64,000 nucleotides of DNA from an uncultured Candidatus Saccharibacteria bacterium (GTDB lineage: Bacteria; Patescibacteriota; Dojkabacteria; SC72), in NCBI GenBank assembly GCA_964610125.1, contig CAZSUV010000001.1:45599-109598 (forward strand), written 5' to 3'. The notes beneath the pieces were generated by a model that ran no database searches, was not told where the DNA came from, and saw nothing but the letters and a program-made list of their open reading frames with translations. Position 1 is the stretch's first letter, and each line of letters starts with the position of its first letter. Of this stretch, positions 19,364 through 29,025 are shown in pieces. The position numbers and the translations under genes are program-made.

Positions 19364-20130
19364 GGTAACTTCTTAATTCTTTCTATACTATCAGAAGCTA
19401 TAAATCCATTATCAAGCTCTGTCTTTGAATAATCAATATCTTTGCCATAATAATCAGTCATCACACCACCAAGAGTAGAAAGTATTGCATCCCCAGCACA
19501 TACATCCCATGGTCCCCAAGCTCCAAAGTTGCTATTTATTTGTAAATTAATACCACCTTCAATAATATGTATTCTTGGATCCTTAAACTCTTCCCCTAAA
19601 TCATTCCCATGTACTAGTGTATATTCAGGATCATCATTAAATAGCTCTTTGAAAACATTCTCCCAATTCTCCGAAGGAGTGAATAGAAGATTTTGTTTTT
19701 TAGTAGAGGACATTACTAAATTAGATTCCCCATTTGATGTGATTACTCTTGGGATTTCATTCTCACCACCGATATACAGTTTGTCATATAACGGATGATA
19801 TATTAACCCTAAGATTGGTTTGTTTTTTCTTGTTAATCCAACAAGTATATTGAAGTAATCACTTCCTCTTAAATATGATCCTGTCCCATTTAATGGGTCT
19901 ATGTACCATGTATATTCTTTACATTCTTTTTCCAATTCTTCAGACATGATCCCATATGTTGGATACTTTTCTTTCAGATAGCTTTGTAAGATATCATTTG
20001 CTTCCTTATCTACATTAGTTACCTTGCTACCATCTTCTTTTGTTTCAATTACAAGGTCAGAAGAATTTCTGTATTTAAGAAGAATATCGCCACATTTCTT
20101 AATTACTGTTATTAGTTCTAGAATATCCAT
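19339..20130 (-). CDS. Inositol monophosphatase/CysQ-family phosphatase
   Basis: VTNVD, SEE, WYIDPLNGT and PWDVCAG. Confidence 0.88.
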   Translation of the reverse strand: MDILELITVIKKCGDILLKYRNSSDLVIETKEDGSKVTNVDKEANDILQSYLKEKYPTYGIMSEELEKECKEYTWYIDPLNGTGSYLRGSDYFNILVGLTRKNKPILGLIYHPLYDKLYIGGENEIPRVITSNGESNLVMSSTKKQNLLFTPSENWENVFKELFNDDPEYTLVHGNDLGEEFKDPRIHIIEGGINLQINSNFGAWGPWDVCAGDAILSTLGGVMTDYYGKDIDYSKTELDNGFIASDSIERIKKLPWIKNITK

Positions 20131-20178
20131 AACTAAAGTATATCATTTAAGATTTAGATAGAAGTCAAATCAGTTGTT

Positions 20179-21039
20179 CTAGATATAGAAATAACTTACT
20201 CCAATTACTCCAACCATAATCAATCCTAACCCAATAATTTCAATCAAACGAGGTTTTTCTTTTAACCATAAAATAGCAAGTATAATCATAATCCCAGGAT
20301 ATGCAGCAGTAAGTGGGGAAGCAATGGAGGCATAAGTATTCTCAAAGGCTAACCAAAGACCAACTAATCCAAGCACATTTAAGAGTGATCCCATAATTGC
20401 ATATTTATATTTCCCAATATTCTTAGCAAATTTAAAAATATGTTGAGGAGTTTCTTTCTCAAGCCTTAGATATATCAAACTAATAGGTATTTGCATTAAA
20501 GCAAGTGAGAAAAGAAATGCTGCTGCAGAAGTCTTATCTATTACGCCCTTTGATATAGTATCTGATAATCCTACAGCTAAAGCTCCGGCAATTGCCCAGA
20601 GAATATACTTTTTACTTTTCAATTCTTCTTTTGTAATTTTCTTTGGTAGAGATGCAATCGTTGTTCCAATAATTGTTATAAAAATAAATATCCAATGTAA
20701 TAGTTGTAATCGTTCTCCAAGTAATATCACTGCGAAGAGAATTGTATATACAGGATATGAAGCAAAGATTGTTCCGGTAATACTCAGTTCTCCCTTTGAG
20801 AGAATATAGAAGATAAATGCTTCTGAGAGAATTGCACTGATTAAAGCATATGGCAAAACTTGAAGTATATCGGAAAAATCAAAGCCAATAATTAATGAGA
20901 AAGGAATCCAGATTAATAACCCAAATATCATATCAAAGAAAAATCCGACAGAAGGAGGGAATTCTTTGAAGCTTTTTTTAAGACTTGTGAAGCCTAATGC
21001 AAAAAAGACTGAAGATAGAAGTGCATATACTATTCCCAT
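20179..21039 (-). CDS. EamA/DMT-family transporter
   Basis: About 10 TM helices in two EamA repeats (LLGERL and WLKEKP ends). Confidence 0.88.
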   Translation of the reverse strand: MGIVYALLSSVFFALGFTSLKKSFKEFPPSVGFFFDMIFGLLIWIPFSLIIGFDFSDILQVLPYALISAILSEAFIFYILSKGELSITGTIFASYPVYTILFAVILLGERLQLLHWIFIFITIIGTTIASLPKKITKEELKSKKYILWAIAGALAVGLSDTISKGVIDKTSAAAFLFSLALMQIPISLIYLRLEKETPQHIFKFAKNIGKYKYAIMGSLLNVLGLVGLWLAFENTYASIASPLTAAYPGIMIILAILWLKEKPRLIEIIGLGLIMVGVIGVSYFYI

Positions 21040-21064
21040 GAAGCTAATTATATCAAAATATTTA

Positions 21065-22102
21065 TTAAATAGAATTCAAATCAATCAACTGTGCATGTTT
21101 CAATATCTCCTTAGGTAATTCATCCTTATTAATAATGGTTATAAACGTCTGTTGCTTCTTAATATTCTCCTCCCCAAATATCTTATGCGTATTCTTAGGA
21201 TCCAACTCTGAAGCAATATCATCTAACAAAAGAATAGGGTAGAACCCAAGCTCCTTGTTTAAAACATCTTGAACTCTAAATATCAAATTCCCAATAGCCA
21301 ACCTCTTCTCACCCCTAGAACCATACTTCTTAATATTCTTCTCAACAATAATCTCCCAATCATCCCTCTGAGGACCAATATTAGAACAACCAGTAACAAT
21401 ATCCCTCTTCTTAGCATCCTCAATACATTCCTCTAAATCCTTGTCATTAGATTTAATATATTCCAAAGCAAACCCATCTGAAGAAAGTTCATCAACCAAT
21501 TCCAATCTCTTAGTTTGAATAATCTTAGCAAGATTAACAAACTCATTAGTCCAGAAATTAAGTTGAGTATCATTACGCGCGATAATACCCTGTTCATAGA
21601 ACTTCTTAGCTAACTTCTTAAGATATGCATTCCTCTGTCTTAAAACCTTCCTAAATTGAGCCAAAGTATCATTGTATTCATAGTCGATTTGGGAAATAAC
21701 CTCATCAAGAAAATCTCTCCTTCTAGATGGAGAAATCATTAAAATCTCAATCTGTTCAGGATTAAATATCGTAGAAGCATTACTCTGAAAAAACTTCTTA
21801 GGCGTAGTATTCTGGTTATCTATCTTACAAACCCTACGGCTATGATCTTTGAAAAACGCAAACAGATGCTCATCAGTAGCAATCTCAACCCTAGCAAATT
21901 TATCCTCCTCATTTTGAGTATTGTTAACAAACTCATCTGATACGGCCCATGGAGATTTGCCGTTAGTAAGAAGATATATAGCTTCAAGAATAGTACTTTT
22001 CCCTTGCGCATTATTTCCATACAACACAACAATATCCTTCTCAATATCAATCTGAACATCTTCAAACCTTCTGAAATTTGTTAACTTAATGCTTTTAATC
22101 AT
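21065..22102 (-). CDS. recF: DNA replication/repair protein RecF
   Basis: NFRRF, GNNAQGKSTILEAI, GPQRDD, SRGEKR and PILLLDDIASELD. Confidence 0.93.
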   Translation of the reverse strand: MIKSIKLTNFRRFEDVQIDIEKDIVVLYGNNAQGKSTILEAIYLLTNGKSPWAVSDEFVNNTQNEEDKFARVEIATDEHLFAFFKDHSRRVCKIDNQNTTPKKFFQSNASTIFNPEQIEILMISPSRRRDFLDEVISQIDYEYNDTLAQFRKVLRQRNAYLKKLAKKFYEQGIIARNDTQLNFWTNEFVNLAKIIQTKRLELVDELSSDGFALEYIKSNDKDLEECIEDAKKRDIVTGCSNIGPQRDDWEIIVEKNIKKYGSRGEKRLAIGNLIFRVQDVLNKELGFYPILLLDDIASELDPKNTHKIFGEENIKKQQTFITIINKDELPKEILKHAQLIDLNSI

Positions 22103-23913
22103 TATGTTTTCAATATAGCTAAGAATGCTTCTTGAGGAATGTTTACCTTTCCAATCATTTTTAGTCTAGCTTTACCCTTTTTCTGTTTTTTAAGAAGTTT
22201 TAATTTTCTTGAATAGTCACCACCATATAGTTTGGAGGTAACGTCTTTTCTAAATGCACTAATATCTTCTCTAGCTATGACCTTGGAGTTAATAGCTGCT
22301 TGTAATGGGATTGGGAACTGTTGTCTTGGTATAGCTTTCTTCATCTCTTCAAGTAGCTTTGCAGCTTTGTCTCTAGCATAGTCTCTTACTTCTAAGAAAC
22401 TTAATGCTGGTACTTCCTCATACTTTACCAATACTGATACTTTAACAATATCTGCAGGGAAGAAATCTATGAATTCATATTCCATTGATGCATATCCACT
22501 TGAGATATTCTTCATCTGATCGAAGAAGTTTGAGATCAAAGAGGCTAGGGGAATGTCATATTCAAGAATGATATATTGATCTCGCATCTGCATATCACTC
22601 TGACTATGTGTTAGATATTTGGTATTTACATATTCACCCCTTCTAAACTGGCAAAGTTTCATTAAGTCTCCCATATATTGTGATGGGGTTAATAGCTCGA
22701 TTCTTACCCATGGTTCTCTAATCTCCTTTACCAATGATGTATCCGGCATCTCCTGTGGTGTCTGTATCTTCAATTCTTCTCCTGTATTAGTGGTGACCTC
22801 GTACTCGACTGTAGGGGCGGTAATTATGAGGTTGACATCATATTCCCTTTCTAATCTTTCTTGAATTATATCCATATGTAGGAGCCCCAAGAAGCCACAT
22901 CTAAACCCTGATCCAAGTAAGTTAGATCTCTGATCTGAGAATGTTAATGAAGCATCATTTAAAGCTAATTTACTTAATCCTGTTTTAAGGTTGTCGTAGT
23001 CCTCAGAATCAATGGGGAAGAAGGTTGCAAAGATATTTGGCTTTGGAGCTTTGTATCCATCTAGAGGAATAGTATCTGGATCATCTGAGATGGTATCTCC
23101 AACTGTAAAGTAACTGATATCTTTCAAACCTGTAGCAATATATCCTACTTCTCCAACATTAAGTTCTCCAGTTTCTTCCAAATCTGGGGTAAACAATCCA
23201 ACCTCTGTAGGTTTAAATTTCTCTTTTCTTTGTAATATGTGTAATGGAGTAGGTTTCCCATGTACATGTTTAACATGTCCATCGAAGATTCTTACTGCGA
23301 CAACTACACCTCTATGCTCATCGTAGAAGGAATCAAAGATTAATGCTTTAAGTGGAGCTGCGTTAGTTCCTTTTGGATTTGGTACTCTTTCGACAATCGC
23401 ATTTAGGAGTTTGTCTACATTTTCACCAGTTTTTCCAGATACTTTAATGATTTCATCTCTTGAGAATCCTAAAAGATCTTCAATTTCCTTTTCTCTTTCT
23501 TCAACTTTTACTCCAGGTAAATCAATCTTGTTTAATACAGGGATTAATTTCAAGCCTAAATCTAAAGCCTTTTTAGTATTGGAAAGTGTCTGTGCTTGTA
23601 TACCTTGGCTTGCATCTACGAGTAGGATTGCGGCCTCACATGCGGCTAATGATCTGGATACCTCATAGGAGAAATCTACATGTCCTGGGGTATCAATTAA
23701 GTTAAGCTTGTAACCTTTCCAATGCATTGTACAGGCTTGTAATTTGATGGTTATACCTTTCTCTTGTTCTAGATCCAATCTATCAAGAACTCTGTCCTTA
23801 TTTTTCTCATGGGATACATCGGTATGTGTAGCTTCTATCATCCTATCTGCTAAGGTAGACTTCCCATGATCTATATGGGCAATTATTGAAAAGTTACGAA
23901 TTTTTTCTAACAT
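22102..23913 (-). CDS. lepA: Elongation factor 4
   Basis: IRNFSIIAHIDHGKSTLADR, GFRCGFLGLLH and KLYGGDYSRKLKLL. Confidence 0.98.
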   Translation of the reverse strand: MLEKIRNFSIIAHIDHGKSTLADRMIEATHTDVSHEKNKDRVLDRLDLEQEKGITIKLQACTMHWKGYKLNLIDTPGHVDFSYEVSRSLAACEAAILLVDASQGIQAQTLSNTKKALDLGLKLIPVLNKIDLPGVKVEEREKEIEDLLGFSRDEIIKVSGKTGENVDKLLNAIVERVPNPKGTNAAPLKALIFDSFYDEHRGVVVAVRIFDGHVKHVHGKPTPLHILQRKEKFKPTEVGLFTPDLEETGELNVGEVGYIATGLKDISYFTVGDTISDDPDTIPLDGYKAPKPNIFATFFPIDSEDYDNLKTGLSKLALNDASLTFSDQRSNLLGSGFRCGFLGLLHMDIIQERLEREYDVNLIITAPTVEYEVTTNTGEELKIQTPQEMPDTSLVKEIREPWVRIELLTPSQYMGDLMKLCQFRRGEYVNTKYLTHSQSDMQMRDQYIILEYDIPLASLISNFFDQMKNISSGYASMEYEFIDFFPADIVKVSVLVKYEEVPALSFLEVRDYARDKAAKLLEEMKKAIPRQQFPIPLQAAINSKVIAREDISAFRKDVTSKLYGGDYSRKLKLLKKQKKGKARLKMIGKVNIPQEAFLAILKT

Positions 23914-23952
23914 AGGTGAATTATATATGATTACAAGGGATTTTAGTAGGTA

Positions 23953-24528
23953 CTAAAGGTTTTCAACAACCTTTATCTGCATATCAAACTGAGTAGAGAA
24001 GTTTATACCATTCTGATTCTCTACAGAAAGAAATACTACAACTTTTGAAGATGGGTCTACAGAGATTTCTTGAATATATGTTTGACCTTTGTCATCCTGT
24101 AATTTCTTTGCAGTATTATCATCGTCAGTTCTTAAATATATGTTTGATTGAGTCTGGTTTGCGGTTTGACCGTAGAATGAAATCTTTTGTGCCTTGTCCG
24201 TATTGTTTTTTATCTCTACAATTGGTTTAGAATAGCTGTCTGCATTTCTTCCTGCAACTAAAGTAGAGTAATCGTATGATGTGTCTGAAATTTTGTTTAA
24301 ATGTTCTTCAGTGAGGATTGGATGTTTACCACCAACTAAGGTTATTGATACTGAGGATTGAGTGTTTGCTCCCAAAACATTTAGATCTTTTAGTTTCTTT
24401 GTGATTGGGGAGAGATTCATAACGGTGATTGTAGGGATGATGAAAAGCAATGCTAATACCCCTAAAGCGATAGGTTCGATTACGAGAGAGAGAACTTTCT
24501 TAAATTTTTGGGCTTTTTGACTGGGCAT
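23953..24528 (-). CDS. Hypothetical N-terminally anchored membrane protein
   Basis: Single TM helix, VLGA motif and a beta-rich ectodomain. Confidence 0.65.
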   Translation of the reverse strand: MPSQKAQKFKKVLSLVIEPIALGVLALLFIIPTITVMNLSPITKKLKDLNVLGANTQSSVSITLVGGKHPILTEEHLNKISDTSYDYSTLVAGRNADSYSKPIVEIKNNTDKAQKISFYGQTANQTQSNIYLRTDDDNTAKKLQDDKGQTYIQEISVDPSSKVVVFLSVENQNGINFSTQFDMQIKVVENL

Positions 24529-24537
24529 TGCAGTAGA

Positions 24538-25086
24538 CTAATAGTATTTATGTTCTGTTGGATATATATTATCAGTTTCCGTTTCAAATGTCTTTATGGT
24601 GAACATGGATGCTATGAAAGCAAGGGAGCCAGCGATTATTCCAACCCATGGGTATGTACTACCTTGTAGTGTATGCGCAATGGATACTCCTGAGGCTACC
24701 CAGAGGAATGCACACCATATGAACATGGTCAAAAAGGAGGTATCTTTACTTGTTATCCATTTGAGCATATTGAATCGAGTCATCTTTACGATGGTTCGAG
24801 GGTTGTGTGCAATGGTGTGGTAAAGAGTAGTTTTGATTACGAAATATGCGAGGGGTAGGGCTACAAAAAGTACCATTACTAGGTTGGAAATTGAGTTTAC
24901 AAAGAGAGTAGTACTAGCATCGGAATAGTAGATCTGAACAGAAAAAAGACCATTAAGATCATTACTAATCTGGAAATTCAGATTGTATATAGCACTAGTG
25001 CAGAGAATACCAATAAACTTACCGGCAATTAAAAGAATTGCTGGTACTATTGATATTTTAAGCGCTCTTCTTAGCAGTTTGGACAT
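24538..25086 (-). CDS. Hypothetical four-TM membrane protein
   Basis: Four hydrophobic segments, downstream of rpsT. Confidence 0.7.
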   Translation of the reverse strand: MSKLLRRALKISIVPAILLIAGKFIGILCTSAIYNLNFQISNDLNGLFSVQIYYSDASTTLFVNSISNLVMVLFVALPLAYFVIKTTLYHTIAHNPRTIVKMTRFNMLKWITSKDTSFLTMFIWCAFLWVASGVSIAHTLQGSTYPWVGIIAGSLAFIASMFTIKTFETETDNIYPTEHKYY

Positions 25087-25354
25087 TATTTTGGGTCAGT
25101 TTGTTTAAATTTTTAGTAAGACGACCTTTTAATCGGTCTGCCTTATTATCCTTTATAACATTTTTCTTAGCTGCTTTGTCAAGAACTTTGTAAATATGCT
25201 TTAGAGTTGTCTTTGCCTCTTCTGGATTGTTCTCTGTAACAAGAGTCTTAAACTTTTTAATAGCTTTCTTTGTTCTGACTCTTAATCTGTCATTGTTGAT
25301 TTCTCTTCTCTTGTTTTTTCTTAGGTCTTTTATAGATGTTTTTAGATTTGGCAT
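25058..25354 (-). CDS. rpsT: 30S ribosomal protein S20
   Basis: MPNLKTSIKDLR...LDKAAKKNVIKDNKADRLK. Confidence 0.93.
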   Translation of the reverse strand: MPNLKTSIKDLRKNKRREINNDRLRVRTKKAIKKFKTLVTENNPEEAKTTLKHIYKVLDKAAKKNVIKDNKADRLKGRLTKNLNKLTQNNVQTAKKSA

Positions 25355-25449
25355 TGTATTTCTTTAATAATATAAACTGTCTAAAGTTAGCGTATTATAT
25401 ATATAATTCCTTTGTTTGTAAACATATTCTTTTGTGTTAAACTTGAAGT

Positions 25450-25881
25450 ATGGAAGGAAGCCGAAAAATCAAAATTATTGTTAGTTTTGTATTGGTTTTA
25501 ATTTTGGTTACAGTTGGAATTGTATTTTCGGTTATAAATAATAAAGCGAAACAAGGAAAGAATGACGTTGTAATGGGACAATCGGATATTTCTGGAGTCC
25601 CATATATTACAAGTGTTCCACCTTTAGTAGGATATATTGGTACTGAATATGTATATGATGTTAAATATTCGGATAGTGATAGTAAAGGCGAAGATGTAAA
25701 AGTGTCCTTAGAGAATGCACCTGCATGGTTAAGTGTAGAAGGATTGCATATATTTGGTACTCCTCCCGATGGAAGTGTGGGCCAATACAAATTTAATGTA
25801 AAAATATCTGATGGAGTTAATTCTTCCATTCAGGAAAACTATATTTTAGTACAAGAGAAACAGGAAAATGAAGAAGAGTAG
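25450..25881 (+). CDS. Membrane-anchored putative Ig/cadherin-like domain protein
   Basis: TM helix plus PYITSVP...YVYDV..SDSD...APAWLS...GTP...VKISDG. Confidence 0.75.
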   Translation: MEGSRKIKIIVSFVLVLILVTVGIVFSVINNKAKQGKNDVVMGQSDISGVPYITSVPPLVGYIGTEYVYDVKYSDSDSKGEDVKVSLENAPAWLSVEGLHIFGTPPDGSVGQYKFNVKISDGVNSSIQENYILVQEKQENEEE

Positions 25882-26278
25882 GTTGTTCATAATTACAGGG
25901 TTCTTTGGTCTATTTCTAGTTGGAATTGCTACAACCTTAATCTTTGTTAAGAATACTTTTGGTTCTGATATCTTGGCTACTTCTAAAAAGGATTGTGTCC
26001 CTTACAATATTTTTGTAGCTAAAACAGATCAGGAATATACGGTTAAAATATCTTGGAGTACTAAAAAAGAGTGTATGGGATTTGTACAATATGGGGGGCA
26101 GAGAGAAACTTTGAATTCAATTGGTATTGATCAAAAGAATTCAGTTCAATCAAAGGAGCATGAAGTAATTTTGGAAAAGCTTTTGACTACACAAAAATAC
26201 TACTTTCTAGTAAATTCGGATAATACTGCATATGGATATAACGGCACAGCACTGGATTTCTTGCTAAAGGAACTTTAG
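25868..26278 (+). CDS. Membrane-anchored FN3-like (purple acid phosphatase N-terminal-like) protein
   Basis: TM helix plus VKISWST...VQYG...HEVILEKL...YYFLV. Confidence 0.72.
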   Translation: MKKSRLFIITGFFGLFLVGIATTLIFVKNTFGSDILATSKKDCVPYNIFVAKTDQEYTVKISWSTKKECMGFVQYGGQRETLNSIGIDQKNSVQSKEHEVILEKLLTTQKYYFLVNSDNTAYGYNGTALDFLLKEL

Positions 26279-28039
26279 CTATCTTCTCTTTTCTGTCTTT
26301 CTAATGATGCTCTCTTCGAAATACTTCTTGGGTTTGAATAACTTCCATGTGCTTAATTCTGTTGATTTGTATGCATCTGAATCTACAAATTTTTCTACTA
26401 ATATTCTGCCTTTGGGTCTGCTGTAAATATACCAGCCTGTTGTGATGACTACGATTCCAAGTATTACCTTGAATATCACCGAATCAAATATTCCTGTACT
26501 TGGAGTATTTGGTGTTTCTTCTGATGCGTTTGGATCTTCACAATTTTGTGATACAGTGATGTTAACGGATGATCTTAATTGTGATGGATCGGTAGGTACT
26601 TCTTCTGGAGTTACGACCACCTCATTCTTGTTTGTTCCTGTCAGCGCACTTGCCCCTGCTTGAGCTTGAAGTAATACGGTTAATGATTGGTTGGCACTTA
26701 ATGTCCAACCTCCTGTTTTTGATATGGTAATTTGCTGTGAGCTTCCAACTGTTGCAGAGGTTACATAGCCTGAATCAGTTACTAAGACTCCGTTAATCTT
26801 TGTTGTTCCTGCTGCATATGTAAATCCCAGTGGTAGCTTATCTACAATGGAAGTAATTTTCTGAGAAGTTGTACTCTTGTTTGTGACATTGATTGTGTAT
26901 TGTACAGTATTTGAAGGTGCTACTCTTTCTACGCATGTAAGATTTGATGTGTTAGCTACAGTGAAGCTTGAAGCGACTACTGGAGTTCCACCATTATCAG
27001 GATCTTCATCTTGTGCATCTGGGAATGTGATATTACTGGTAGCGGAGCCAATGGATACGTTTGAAACGTAAACATCAGATTTAACAGCTAATGTCCCTGT
27101 ATGATTATCGAGTTGAGAGAAGCTCTTAGAATTTGAGAAATTTGTTGCACTGTAAAGATCTTGTTCTAAAATCTCTATGATTCCCGCAGTGGTATCTACT
27201 GTAAATCCTTTGGTCATTACTAATTCAGGATATGTATTTTCGAATGTGAAGCTAATTTTCATATTATCTGATGAGTTAAGATTTCCGGCAGAAATCTTAG
27301 CATTAGAAACTTTCATAGTAGTACCGTCTAATCGAGTTGTAAGTTGGAGATTACTGACACTTGATTCTCCTGCTTGGGTAACTTCAATCAGTCTTCTACA
27401 GATAGGGGAGTTGATTTGTTGATTGTCAGAAGTAGTGCCTGTTGCAACGATATTTATAGCGGTTGCAGTACTTAAATCTGCAATTGTTTTCTTTATACTT
27501 AATTTGTTAGGTGTAATGACATCTGGTTCTACCGTCTCGTTATTTATGACGAATTTGTAATCAGAATATTCTTTGTCAAAGACAGCTTCTATGGTTAGCT
27601 GATCAGTAGATGAAATTTCTCCAGTTACAATCTTCCCATTTTTGTCTGTAATGGTCATTGCATTACATCTTGAATCTGCGATGGTTTGTAACTGACAGAT
27701 TTGGTACAAATCTTGTTGAGTTGAGCTATTAAGATTATTTGTTGAAAGTTTGTTTGTTGCGCAGGCAGCTTTACATGTCTCAGTGCTAGTATTTGTGGCT
27801 ACTTCAAATTGGAAAGCTCGTCTTGGATCTCCACATTCTGTAGTTACGGCTGGATCTATGTAGTAACATCCACAGGTTACATTGTTAGTGGTATCAGTGT
27901 TGGTGTTTGTATCCTTGATTGTGTAGAAATATATTGCTACACCTATTAGTGCTAAGCCAAATATGCCTGTTATGACAAGAAGAACGGTTTGTAATTTCTT
28001 TGATTTTTTCTGTGTTGTTACTCTTATTCCTTCTTCCAT
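26279..28039 (-). CDS. Surface protein with DUF11-like domain and TPSTG sorting-like signal
   Basis: N-terminal TM helix, Cys-rich segment, VQYTINVTN...IVDKLPLGFTY, then NTPSTG, a TM helix and a basic tail. Confidence 0.78.
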   Translation of the reverse strand: MEEGIRVTTQKKSKKLQTVLLVITGIFGLALIGVAIYFYTIKDTNTNTDTTNNVTCGCYYIDPAVTTECGDPRRAFQFEVATNTSTETCKAACATNKLSTNNLNSSTQQDLYQICQLQTIADSRCNAMTITDKNGKIVTGEISSTDQLTIEAVFDKEYSDYKFVINNETVEPDVITPNKLSIKKTIADLSTATAINIVATGTTSDNQQINSPICRRLIEVTQAGESSVSNLQLTTRLDGTTMKVSNAKISAGNLNSSDNMKISFTFENTYPELVMTKGFTVDTTAGIIEILEQDLYSATNFSNSKSFSQLDNHTGTLAVKSDVYVSNVSIGSATSNITFPDAQDEDPDNGGTPVVASSFTVANTSNLTCVERVAPSNTVQYTINVTNKSTTSQKITSIVDKLPLGFTYAAGTTKINGVLVTDSGYVTSATVGSSQQITISKTGGWTLSANQSLTVLLQAQAGASALTGTNKNEVVVTPEEVPTDPSQLRSSVNITVSQNCEDPNASEETPNTPSTGIFDSVIFKVILGIVVITTGWYIYSRPKGRILVEKFVDSDAYKSTELSTWKLFKPKKYFEESIIRKTEKRR

Positions 28040-28112
28040 TAGGGCAGGTATAGATTTGAATATTCTCTATTCAGTTTAAGTTAATAACTATGTGGTGTCA
28101 ATGTGATTTTAA

Positions 28113-29021
28113 CTAGAGGTATGGGCATATGAGGGTCAATCCTAAATGTCCATCGATCTTTCCGGTTTTAATTTGTAGATCAAGATTGGAAAGCTTACGG
28201 TATATCTGGATTAACTGTTTGTTTTCGTAGTTTTTAGAAGTATCCAAGATTGAGGGGAGGGTAAATGGTGGAATTCTTAAAATTGAGCATATTTCTTTGA
28301 ATGATTTCTTCTGATCATTTAAATGTTTAACAAGAGTCAAAATTCTTAAATTTCTAGCTAACATGGAGAGGATATAGTTGGGATCATTATTTTGTTTGTA
28401 CAAATTTTCCAATATTTCCATACTTCTAGCCTTGTCCTTTATATTTATGGCATCTATCAATGCCCAAATATCTTTTTCTAATGTATCTGCTATGTATGTC
28501 GTATCATTTTCTGGATCAAGTTTTAATTTTTGAATCTCATTTACACATCTTTCAGGATCATAGTTAGTTCTTTCTGCGAGTAATCTTTGGACTGTAGGAT
28601 CAAGTTGTAATCCATTGCTCTCTAATTCTTCTTTCAACCATGCCCCAAACGAGCGTTTGTTCATTTCATCATATTGCTCGAAGGCATTATTTTCCTTAAA
28701 GAATTTGAAGTATCTTGTGTTTACTCTGACTTTTTCATCTTCCCAAAAGAAGATTGTATCTGTACCTGTATTTTTTTTGAGTAAGGTTAAGATACTTTCA
28801 ATGAGTTTGTCCTTATCTTTATTCTTGTACAATCGTTTGATTATGATTCCTCTTTTGGAAACGAAGAGATTTTGACTTCCAAGTTTGTCAAAGATTGTTT
28901 GCGCATCTTGTGTTTCAGCATTAATTATCTGAAATTGTATATCAGTGAATTGAGAGGTCTCTTGTTTTAAAGCCCTTAAGGACAGATATGGCGATGAGCC
29001 ATGGTATAGTTTGAATATCAC
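28113..29021 (-). CDS. holA: DNA polymerase III delta subunit
   Basis: LYHG, NLF..KR, NEIQKL, IWALIDAI and DLQIKTG. Near rpsT, as is typical. Confidence 0.85.
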   Translation of the reverse strand: MIFKLYHGSSPYLSLRALKQETSQFTDIQFQIINAETQDAQTIFDKLGSQNLFVSKRGIIIKRLYKNKDKDKLIESILTLLKKNTGTDTIFFWEDEKVRVNTRYFKFFKENNAFEQYDEMNKRSFGAWLKEELESNGLQLDPTVQRLLAERTNYDPERCVNEIQKLKLDPENDTTYIADTLEKDIWALIDAINIKDKARSMEILENLYKQNNDPNYILSMLARNLRILTLVKHLNDQKKSFKEICSILRIPPFTLPSILDTSKNYENKQLIQIYRKLSNLDLQIKTGKIDGHLGLTLICPYL

Positions 29022-29025
29022 TTTT

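Noticed and set aside
16795-21064. Integron cassette array
   Set aside because: No intI, no attC-like GTTRRRY-bounded palindromes in the very short spacers, and mixed gene orientation.
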